Positions 43,780-55,479 of a stretch of DNA of 64,000 bases are shown in pieces. The translations under genes and the position numbers were made by a program. Each line of letters begins with the position of its first letter. Position 1 is the first letter of the stretch. Below the pieces are notes generated by a model. That model worked only from the letters and a program-made list of their open reading frames with translations, was not told the origin of the DNA and ran no database searches. Source of the DNA: Neocallimastix sp. 'constans' (lineage: Eukaryota); assembly GCA_050613775.1 (NCBI GenBank), contig JBODTK010000015.1, positions 310,001-374,000 of the forward strand, given 5' to 3'.

Positions 43780-44396
43780 AAAAGAGTATTTATTATTAAA
43801 TAATAAATAATAAATAATAAATAATAAATAATAAATAATAAATAATAAATAAATAATAATAAAAAGAGTATTTATTATTAAATAATAAATAATAAATAAT
43901 AAATAATAAATAATAAATAATAAATAATAAATAATAAATAATAAATAATAAATAATAAATAATAAATAATAAAAAGAGTATTTATTAATAAATAATAAAT
44001 AATAAATAATAAAAAGAGTATTTATTAATAAATAATAAATAATAAATAATAAAAAGAGTATTTATTAATAAATAATAAATAATAAATAATAAAAAGAGTA
44101 TTTATTAATAAATAATAAATAATAAATAATAAAAAGAGTATTTATTAATAAATAATAAATAATAAATAATAAAAAGAGTATTTATTAATAAATAATAAAT
44201 AATAAATAATAAATAAAAAGAGTATTTATTAATAAATAATAAATAATAAATAATAAATAATAAATAATAAATAATAAAAAGAGTATTTATTAATAAATAA
44301 TAAATAATAAATAATAAATAATAAATAATAAATAATAAATAATAAAAAGAGTATTTATTAATAAATAATAAATAATAATAAGAGTATTTATTAATA
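43780..44396. repeat. Satellite array, reverse orientation of the 9450-10260 family
   Basis: AAAAAGAGTATTTATTAATA plus (AATAATA)n units; continues at 37500-37568 and 47098-47300. Confidence 0.9.
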
Positions 44397-46583
44397 TGAT
44401 ACGGGCTGGGATTGAAACACTAAGATATTCAAAACAAAAAAAAATAAATATTAACACATAACTATAAAAATAAGTTTGGAAACAAGAAAAAAAATTAAAT
44501 TTTAAAATATTCTTTATTTAAATTTAAAATTAAAATCATTTGTTCCAAGTATTAAAAAGAAAGAAATTTATTCTTCTTTTTATACTTTTATTTTAATACA
44601 TTTTATTTATTATTAATATATTCTTTATAAAAAACTATTATAACTATTTTATTTTAATTTTTAACTATTATTTTAAATTATTTTTTTAAAAAAAAATAAC
44701 ATTTATTAAATTAAAATATAAAAAATTAATTTGGAGCTTGTATCACGAAGGGCATTCCGGGCGGTAGCTTCTTCTTGATATTGTTATTCAGAGAGAGAAT
44801 TATACAGAATTGATATTTTCTGTATTTTAGATCATTTTTATTATTGGAATTCTTCTGTATTTTAGTTCATTTTTATTTTAATAAAGATTTAATTTATTTT
44901 TAATTTTTGTTTTATTTTTAGTTTATTTCAAAGGTTTTAGAAAATATTATACAGAAACTTATAATTCTGTATTTTACATCAAATATTTATTGAAATAGGT
45001 TTTTATTATTCTTAATATAAAAATAAGAATTAGTAATGATTTAAATATTATATAATTTTTAATAAGAATATTTAGTAATAATTTTTATTATATTTAATAT
45101 TAATAAAATATTTAATAATTATTTTTATTAGATTTGATATTAATAAAAGATTTTAATAAGAATATTTAATAATAATTTTTATTATATTTAATATTAATAA
45201 AAGAATTTTATAAGAATATTTAATAATAATTTTTATTATATTTGATATTAATAAAAGATTTTAATAAGAATATTTAATAATAATTTTTATTATATTTGAT
45301 ATTAATAAAAGGTTTTAATAAGAATATTTAATAATAATTTTTATTAGATTTGATATTAATAAAAGAATTTTATAAGAATATTTAATAATAATTTTTATTA
45401 TAAAAGATTTTAATAAGAATATTTAATAATAATTTTTATTATATTTAATATTAATAAAAGATTTTTATTAGAATATTTAATAATTTTTATTATATTTGAT
45501 ATAAATAAAAGATTTTAATAAGAATATTTAATAATAATTTTTATTATATTTAATATTAATAAAAGAATTTTATAAGAATATTTAATAATAATTTTATTAT
45601 ATTTAATATTAATAAAAGAATTTTATAAGAATATTTAATAATAATTTTATTATATTTAATATTAATAAAAGATTTTTATTAGAATATTTAATAATTTTTA
45701 TTATATTTGATATTAATAAAAGAATTTTATAAGAATATTTAATAATAATTTTATTATATTTAATATTAATAAAAGATTTTTATTAGAATATTTAATAATT
45801 TTTATTATATTTGATATTAATAAAAGATTTTAATAAGAATATTTAATAATAATTTTTATTATAAAAGATTTTAATAAGAATATTTAATAATAATTTTTAT
45901 TATATTTAATATTAATAAAAGATTTTTATTAGAATATTTAATAATTTTTATTATATTTGATATTAATAAAAGAATATTTAATAATAAAATTTAATAATAA
46001 TTTTTATTATATTTAATATTAATAAAAGAATTTTATAAGAATATTTAATAATAATTTTATTATATTTAATATTAATAAAAGAATTTTATAAGAATATTTA
46101 ATAATAATTTTATTATATTTAATATTAATAAAAGATTTTTATTAGAATATTTAATAATTTTTATTATATTTGATATTAATAAAAGATTTTAATAAGAATA
46201 TTTAATAATAATTTTTATTATAAAAGATTTTAATAAGAATATTTAATAATAATTTTTATTATATTTAATATTAATAAAAGAAATTTATAAGAATATTTAA
46301 TAATAATTTTTATTATATTTAATATTAATAAAAGAATTTTATAAGAATATTTAATAATAATTTTTATTATATTTAATATTAATAAAAGAAATTTATAAGA
46401 ATATTTAATAATAATTTTTATTATATTTAATATTAATAAAAGAAATTTATAAGAATATTTAATAATAATTTATATTTGATATTAATAAAATATTTTAATA
46501 AGAATATTTAATAATAATTTTATTTTATTATTATTAAGAGTATTTAATAGGAAATACAAGGTATTTAGTGACACCCTGTATCA
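44397..46583. mobile_element. Solo-LTR-like or non-autonomous TG...CA element with an expanded internal minisatellite of about 54 bp
   Basis: Ends TGATACGGG...CCCTGTATCA form an imperfect inverted repeat; 4-bp flanking duplication AATA; minisatellite at about 45060-46520; inverted relative at 61298-62353. Confidence 0.8.
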
Positions 46584-46595
46584 AATAAATAAAAA

Positions 46596-47097
46596 CTCCG
46601 TGAGATCGGGTCAATGGTTAGCGCGTATACCCTGAGGTCAGTAGTCCGGAGTTCGATTCCACCTTACCACCCATTATAATCCATTTGACAGCCTAACCCT
46701 AAATCGAACAAGTCATCGTCTACACTATGATCGTGCTTCTCAGTTGTACGTATACATTGCCTGAAGCGGGGTGATTCCTGCGTATTGTAAATCCTCATTA
46801 GTTAATGTATCTGCGTGTTCATCACGTGTTAGGATAGATTTCCTAATTTGGAGAAAGGTAATGTAGTAAATAATAATGTTATAGTGTATGTAGTTGTGGC
46901 TTGCCGTATCCATCATCTTCAAATCTTGTGGTTCTGTAATCCGTGACTGAGAGCGTCGACGCCGAAATGGTATGGCATGGGAGCACTTTGTTGTATCCTG
47001 ATACACCCGATATAAAGTTTGTCTGATATTAGTTGTCTGTTGTGGCTGGGATGATATGATCAAGACCTACAAGGGATAGTCTAAAAAAAAAAAAAAA
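46596..47097 (+). mobile_element. Candidate tRNA-derived SINE
   Basis: Box A-like GGTCAATGGTTAG; box B GAGTTCGATTCC (46649-46660); acceptor remnant GTGAGA/CCTTACCA; GC-rich body with no TTTT run; A15 tail at 47083-47097. Confidence 0.75.
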
Positions 47098-47634
47098 TTA
47101 ATAAATAAATATTAAATAAATAGTAAATAATAATAAGAGTATTTATTAATAAATAAATAATAATAAGAGTATTTATTAATAAATAAATAGTAAATAATAA
47201 ATAAATAATAATAAGAGTATTTATTAATAAATAAATAGTAAATAATAAATAAATAATAATAAGAGTATTTATTAATAAATAAATAGTAAATAATAAATAA
47301 TAAATTAATTAAGTTTTATTTTATTTCATTTTAATTATTTTAATTATATTTTAATTATTTTTATTATATTTTTATATTTTATAATTATTTTATTATTTAT
47401 ATTATACTTTTTATAATATTCAACTAAATATTTAATTCTTATTATTTTAAAATAGTTTATAATTAAAGAGTATTATATAAAGAATACCTTTTCTTTATTC
47501 TTTGTAATTTTGCAGTTCTGCAAATTGCCATTCATGCAATTCAAATAGTTAAAATTATAATAATAAATTGCCAAAATAAATATATTTTATTAGTAAAATT
47601 AGTTTAATGATATTTAATATGAAGTTATAAAAAT

Positions 47635-47825
47635 TATTAATTAACTAAATAAATTTAAATTATAAAATAAATAAATAAATATTTAATAAATAAGTAAATA
47701 CTTAAATAAATAAATAAATATTTAATAAATAAATAAATAAAATTATATTATATTAATAAATTTCATATATAAATTATATAACTTCTCCCAGTAAGAGATA
47801 CTAAACCAGGAGTACTTTATCAATA
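47635..47825 (+). repeat. Dispersed repeat, copy 2 (see 13421-13670)
   Basis: Shared AACTTCTCCCAGTAAGAGA(C/T)ACT(G/A)AACCA block and upstream AT units. Confidence 0.75.
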
Positions 47826-48194
47826 AAATTTATAATATATTATATTATATTATAATATATTATAATATACATTTAATAATGAATTAATATAACCAAATAA
47901 ATAAATTTTTTTTTTATCACTATTTAAAAAATATATTTATTTATTTATTATTTAATATTTATTATTTATTATTTATTATTTATTATTTATTATTTATTAT
48001 TTATTATTTATTATTTACTAATAAATACTCTTTTTTAATAAATACTCTTTTTATTATTTATTATTTATTAATAAATACTCTTTTTATTATTTATTATTTA
48101 TTATTTACTAATAAATACTCTTTTTATTATTTATTATTTATTATTTATTAATAAATACTCTTTTTATTATTTATTATTTATTAATAAATACTCT

Positions 48195-49720
48195 TGTAAG
48201 AAATATCTAAGTTTTATTAATAAATTTATAATTTTATTTATTATATTATTGTTGGTTGTTTTAGTGTTAACACAAATAAAGTTGTATTTATATAAAAACT
48301 TGTGGCTTGGCTTCATTACTAATTATGAATTACATGAATATTCTTAGAATAAATGCATTACTAATTATTACTAATTATTATTAATTCAATTCAATATTTT
48401 AATTATTCTAACATTCCGCCTAAAACTTAAATTATTTTAGGAAATGATTTAATGTTTTGTAAAGTTGATTTTATAGTATGTATTGTTTAGTTTTGTATAG
48501 TTTGTATTAGTTTATGTCGAAAATTTTGTGAAACTTTTTAATTTTGTTCCATTAAGTTTTTTGTTAATATGTCGGCCACCATTTCACTTGTATTCTTGAA
48601 TTTTAGTATAATTTTGTTTTTCTTAATGTTGTCGTTATCGAAATGAAATTTTATATCTATATATTTTAATTTTGAGGAAAATTCACCATTTTCCATAATT
48701 ATTTTACTTGATTTATTGTCTGTGTATATTGTAATAGGAGATTTGTGGTTGAATAATTCATATATAATGTTTCTAAACCACAGAGCCTTCTTGATGCATT
48801 CTGAGGCACAATGAATTCTGCCTCTGCCGTGGAAGTAGCTACTATTGTTTGTTTCTTGGAATATCATGAAATGGGCGAGTTACCCATTAAGAATATATGA
48901 CCTGATGTTGATTTCCGGTCTTCCTTGTCCCAAGCGAAATCGGCATCGGTATATCCATGGAATGGACCTAAACCATTATATAAAAATTTTGTAGTATTTA
49001 GTGTTATTTAAATATTTTAAAATATTAATAATTTTATACCAATCGGCGTATGTAGGATTTTCACATTGTCGTGCAGCATGATGCACTGCGAAAGAAATGT
49101 CTGGCCGAGTGCATTTTGCTAAATATATAAGTGATCCAATTACACTTTTATATGTAGTAGGATCAAAAGGTTTATCATTAGTAATATTATTTAGTGTGCA
49201 AGGTGTGTGTGTTAGTTCTTTTATTTTGAGTAATTTTATAATTACTCAATAAATTTTCAATAAAATTTGTTTGTGAAATTCGGTATTCGAATTTCGTTTG
49301 TTCAATTGTAATACCTAGAAGATATTTTATAGGCCCATAATTAGAGATTTTAAATTTTGATTTAATTTTATTGATTATATCATTTATTTCATGTTGACGC
49401 TTCATCATGTTCCAGGTTGTTTATAGATGGACCAAACATCGTTTGTATCTCATCATAACACGGTGTTTTGTCCTTGTAATTCTTTTCATCGATTTCGATA
49501 TTATTAATTGATTGTTTTTCTTTGTTCTTATTTGAATTTGTATTATTTAATTTCTTCTTAAAGTTCTTGTTAAATATGCATCTTTTGTTATTTCTGTTGG
49601 TTCCGCATGGGTTAAAGTAACAGTCCTTTGCTAAATGTCCTTTTTTATTACAAATTAGGCAATATTTCCTCATCTTGTTTTTGAATTTTCTTTGTATCAT
49701 ATTTCTTTTCTTATTTTCTA
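48195..49720 (-). mobile_element. Internally deleted Copia: gag knuckle joined to RT C-terminus and RNaseH, with 3' LTR
   Basis: LTR at about 48195-48413 next to a PPT-like AGGCGGAA; CLICNKKGHLAKDC; CTRPDISFAV, TDADFA, VADILTK; junction near 49395. Confidence 0.8.
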
Positions 49721-49739
49721 TATTATTGAGATCCTAATA

Positions 49740-52530
49740 ATTATATAATTGATAAAATCAATCCAACTTTAGCCTAGCATAAAGATAAAGATCTTGATTC
49801 AAATAATATTAAATTAGACAACATCATAAAATGGGTTATTTTAAATTCGCTTGGATATAGTACCAAAAAATAAATTGAAACGCTTGGTAAAACTGCTTTT
49901 GGAAGTTGGAAAATAATAGTAAGCTCATTTACTAAAAGGGAAGGAACAACTTTATGCTGAAACTAATGAATAATTAAATAACCTAAAATATGATTCAATC
50001 ACAAATATCAATATTTTTATAGCTTCTCGAGAAACTTATTCGATGAATTAAAACACATAAATAAACCTTTATCCGATGAGTCTAAAGTCGTTTTCTTTTC
50101 TAGAACTTTACCTGAGAATTTAAGATGGATAAATCTATTTCAATTTAAAGATAACTGGAATCAATACAAAAATTTTTGTAACTAAAGTTATTCCAGGAAT
50201 AATTAATTCTAATATAAAAGAAAAAAAAAACTTTAACAAAACGGAAAAACAAGATTTCTCTTAATGTAGAAAATGGTAAACCTAAATTTCACAAAAGATC
50301 TAAAAGAAATAAAATTAAATTCAAAATTTTATAAAATATTCGGACACTCATCAAGGGATTGCTACTTTAATAAAAATACTAATAATAAGAGAACAAAATC
50401 ATATGAAATTTTTAACGAAAATAAAAATAAAAAATTTTTCAATAAAAATATAAAATTTAAAAAATATAAATTAGAAGAAAAATAAATTTCATGCATCTTT
50501 ATCAACATACCATAAAAATAATTTTAACGATTATGAAAAATATAAAAACAATTATCTAAACAATTTTACTCAAGATTTTAATTCGAAATTAAATATTGAA
50601 TCAAATTATATAGATAATTCCAATTACAACAATAAACAGGAAAATAAAATTTATTTCAATAATTTATCACTCTGGATAGTTGATTCAGGGGCATCAGTAT
50701 GCATGATCTTTAATGAAAATTTATTATCAAATAAAAGAATCCATAAAGAAAAAATTTTCTATGCAAATGGCAAAGGTTTAACTTCAACTCGTATAGGAGA
50801 TTTTACTAAATATATAAATAATAACAAAATCCTTTTAAATAACATCCTTATAATTCCCGATTTCAATTAAAATTATTTAATTTCCATATGTCAACTAATT
50901 AAATAAAGGTATAAGGTCATTTTTAATTCAAATAATCCTTCAGTTACTATTTATAACCCAAAAGGAAAAAGAATTGCAAATACAGAAGTAAATTCCTACA
51001 CTAATACTCTTAAAATTTGGATCTCCAAAAATAAATTAGAAAAAAAAACTGAAACCAATGAGATTTTCCTTTTAGAAAATAATTATTCTTCAGCTTTCAA
51101 TAATTCTAGAAATGATAATTTTACTATGTGGCATTGTCGAATGGGTCATTTAGATATTACAAATTTAATATATAAAACTTCATAAGGTAATCATAAACAA
51201 AAATGCATCATATGTTCTAAAACAAGATTAAGGAGTAAACCCCTTTTCGAGATTCACTAAATCAAGCAAAAGAAGTGCTTGAACTTATACATTTCAACCT
51301 TGTTGGCCCGATATCAGAATCAATTTATGGAAGCAAATAAATATTCACTATTCTAAATGATTTCTCTAAGTTTAATTTGGTTCTTTATTTAAATAATAAA
51401 GGAAACGCATTCAACAAATTTGGAGAATGGTATATGCAAACAACAAATAATAATAATAAAAGTATAAAATTCATAAAAAATGATAATAGAACTGAATTTC
51501 TTTCAAATAATTTTAAAAATTTCTGTCGAACCAAAGGAATAATTCATTTACTTACAGTTCCATACATACCACAACAAAATGGCAGAATTGAGACTGAATG
51601 ACATTCTAAATGGCTGGATCAGTTCAAAACTAGAAGATGCCAAACTATGTAGAAAGTTTTGGGAAGATATTGTCTCAACAGCAAGCTAATCTATACAATA
51701 GACTACCTCAAAAATCAATTGAAAATAAAATACCATACGAAATAGATTATAAAAAATCACCAAATTACTAAAGGCTACGCATATTTGGTTGAAGAGTATT
51801 TTTTCTTATTCCTCTAAATTTTTAACACAAAATGGGAAATAAAGGGTTACTTGGTATTGTAATATAACAAATGTTTATAAAATTTTCGATATCACAAATA
51901 ATAATGTACTTATATCTAGGATTGTTGACTTCTTCAAAAACCTTCCTTCTGATTTTTATTTTAACAAAAACATCTCCATTATAGAAAATAAACAAACTTT
52001 TCATATTATAAATAACACAGATTTTATTTACAATTATAATAATGATAACAGTAACAACTTTAATGCTCAAAATTATAATTATCATTATCATACATACTTA
52101 AAACCATCCAACATCATAATCATTTTTGATAATCAATATAATCCTAATACAACACATCAATTAATTACTCCACTTAATTCATATTTAAAAATTCATACTG
52201 ATTTTAATACAAATGACAAAATTCTCATCACACTATATTATAAAAAATAACATCTATTCATCTTATAATTCTTTTATTAACAAATCTTATAATTATAAAA
52301 ATTACATACATAGAAATAGTCATAAAAGAAAGTCAGCTACTAACTACAATAAATATAATAATTTAAAAATGTTAAGGTACGATGAAACAAATCGAAGAGA
52401 ACAAACCAGCTTTGAAGATATACAAAACCTAAATGATAAAGATGAGTGGATGGAAGAAGTTAATGAAGAGTTAAATAGTATGACAAATTTAAAAGTATAT
52501 GAAATAATCAAAAACAATCACTCAAGAATG
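49740..52530 (+). mobile_element. Decayed Copia gag-protease-integrase
   Basis: GHSSRDCYF, WIVDSGAS, WHCRMGH, PYIPQQNGRIE and EWMEEVNEEL; many stops. Confidence 0.8.
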
Positions 52531-53239
52531 TAAAGATATCTTTAATAAATTTATATAATACATTATTACATTAATTTATGTATGAAATTTTTGTCACGAT
52601 ATCTTGAATAAAATTATGTAATTTACATTAATTTATGAATTAAAACATATTACAATAAATTTATGTAAACGAAAAATCATACATTAAATTTACGTACATG
52701 AATTAAATACTTTAAATAATTACTTCTCCTTAAATTAATAATTGAAATTTAAAATTATAAATTAAAACTTAAATTATTTAAATTTATATTTATTAAATAT
52801 GAGATTAAATAATTTAGTCAAAAAATTCGCCAAATCTGTTATTGTTAAATTTTTTATTTATTTAAATAGTATAGTTTAATATTATTAATAGTTTTTAGTT
52901 TAATTTTAAATTAGTTATAATATTTAAATAGTTATAATAAAAAATAGTTAATTAAAAAATTATACTATAATTAGTTTTAGTTTAAATATTTTATTATTTT
53001 ATAAAATTAATTATTATTAATATTTAAATTGAATATATGTAAATTAAATTAATTTAATATATTAGAATATAATTAAGAAAAAATATAAATATTGTAAATT
53101 TTCTTTAATTGAAAGAACGAAATTGTTATTAACGATTTTATAGTTCATAACATAATATGAACTATTTAATATAAGATTTTTCATAAAATGATTATTTTTA
53201 ATAAAAGAATTTATTTTATAATTGAGTGTTTTGTATTAT

Positions 53240-53680
53240 TATAATCTGTTTTGATATAAAACTCTTTATAAAGAATTTAGAAAAAATTTCGATGACACTT
53301 TTACACCTACATTAAAACAAGACTCTTTAAGAATTTTCATATCAATTTCAATAAATATGGAATTTTCACTTATATATATTGATATAAATTCATCTTTTCT
53401 TAATGCCCCATTAGAAGAAGATATTTACGTAAAAGCTCCTTAAGGGCATTCAAGTTATGACAAGTATTTTTAGAAATTGAACAAAGCCCTATATGGACTA
53501 AAACAATCAGCAAATGCATGGAATAAAAAATAAGATAAGACTCTTACAAAATTAAATTTTAAAAATTAAATACTGATCCATTTATTTACAAAAATGAAAA
53601 TAAAAATAAAAAATTAACTTGCTTTCTTACAGTGTATGTTGATGGCATTATAATTTCCAGAACTGATGATGAAATTAATT
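53240..53680 (+). mobile_element. Copia RT fragment
   Basis: TFTPTLKQDSLRI, DINSSFLNAPL, KALYGLKQSA, VYVDGI. Confidence 0.8.
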
Positions 53681-54705
53681 AATAACTGTATGGCCATATG
53701 GGAGATGGGTACCCATAAGTGCAAGTTTATGTTTTTTTTTTTTTTTTTTTTTTTTATAGTATCTTACCTCCTTAAAAGAAACCGATATCTCCACCAATTG
53801 ATAAAGTACGAAGTTCAGGTTCGGCTCTTTTAAGGTTTATTCTTTAAATGGGGATATAATTTATATGTTCTATAAAAATAATTTTATTTAAATTTTATTT
53901 AATTAGAAGAATTACATTTACTTATAATTATTTAAAATGTAAACTAACATTTATTCCTAAAATTAATATTTATTTTCATATTTTGATCTCAAGAATTTCA
54001 CTAATCTACCATTTATTATTCTTAGACAAAGAAATAAAACTATTTCTAAGTATTTTACTCTTTTATAATTATTTACTATAATAAAGTTTTCTTATATTAA
54101 AGTATAAATATTAATTTACTTTCATTAATTATTAAATTAAATAATAAAAATATATAAATTAATTTCTAATATAAATACAATAAAAACTAGATTAATACAT
54201 AAATTTATGCTTTTACACCATTTATTAATTAACATAAATTTATTATTAATTAAAGTTTTTATTTCTATTTCATATCACTTAATTTTGCTAAAATTGCATG
54301 GAGTTCTCTTTCTGTGTTACCTTTGGGTCTATCACTATTTTTGTTATTTAACTGACTTTTATGTAAAAATTTATCAATGTAATTATTATTTTCATTTAGC
54401 GATTCATTAAAAATTTTAATATAATTGTTCATGAATATTATTTTTATATTGAGAAGAAATATTATTCTCTTTTTTTTATTTAATATTTTGGTAATTTTTA
54501 ATATTACTATTAATAAGTTTATTACTGTTATTGAGTTTGACATTTTTATCATTACTATTGTTACTTTCTATACTAATTTTATACTTATTTTTATTATAAT
54601 TTTTAATTTATTTTTATTTAATATACTATTATTAATTACATGAATCCTAAAATTTCAGAAAATTCTATTTTTAGAAATATTTTATTTCTTTTTTCTTTAA
54701 GATTC

Positions 54706-55460
54706 TGTTGAAGAATATGTTAAAGAATATTTTATTATATGGAAATATGTAAAAGTGTATATAACAATGTTTCATGTTTAGTCGACATTATATATTAAAT
54801 AAAATGTGGCGTATACATGTTTTATTCATATTAATCAACATGACTATATTAATTTATATTATTTAATGTAAATTATTTTTAAATTTCTTACATTCCCTAT
54901 AAATCTAAAATATACTTTTTTTATATTTAAACAGAAATTAAATTTATAAATATTTAACTATAAAATAATTATTAATTTATAATATTTTTATATATTTTTT
55001 TTAAAAAATAAGTATTAATTATCTTTTTCTTATTTTTATTAAATAAATCCATCAAACTTGAATAATAAATTTTCTCTAAAAGAATCCATTGAGTTTTTGC
55101 TTAAAAGTTTGCTTAAACCATCAGATTTAATTTTGATTTTATGTAAATAAGTTCAATTACTTTTTTTAAAATTAATTTATTTATATAATAGAATCTATTC
55201 TATATGTTTATTTTCTGGATTAATTACTGTGTTATTGCATATATTAATTGCTGCTTTGTTATCTGTATATACTTTATTTTTTTTATATTTATATTTAATT
55301 CAAATAATAAATTTTAATCCGCACGCAATGTTTTGAATATTGGCTAGTGCTATAATATTCGGCTTCGCAGGTTGAGGTGGCTATACCATGTTGAAATTTG
55401 GAATACCAACATATTGGTGTCTTTCCAATAAATAGTAAATATCCAGTAATATATCATATT
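54706..55460 (-). mobile_element. Copia 3' end (RNaseH, PPT, LTR)
   Basis: Minus-strand GYLLFIGKTPICW, AEYYS and YTDNKAAI; PPT-like ATAGGGAA then TG at 54892. Confidence 0.65.
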
Positions 55461-55479
55461 TTTTACCAGTCTTAAAGAT

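Noticed and set aside
46599..46672. Functional tRNA gene
   Set aside because: The D and anticodon stems pair poorly and there is no T-run terminator; it fits a SINE head better
53662..53673. Hammerhead core CTGATGA...GAAA
   Set aside because: No stem II or flanking stems; it is RT coding sequence (TDDEI)
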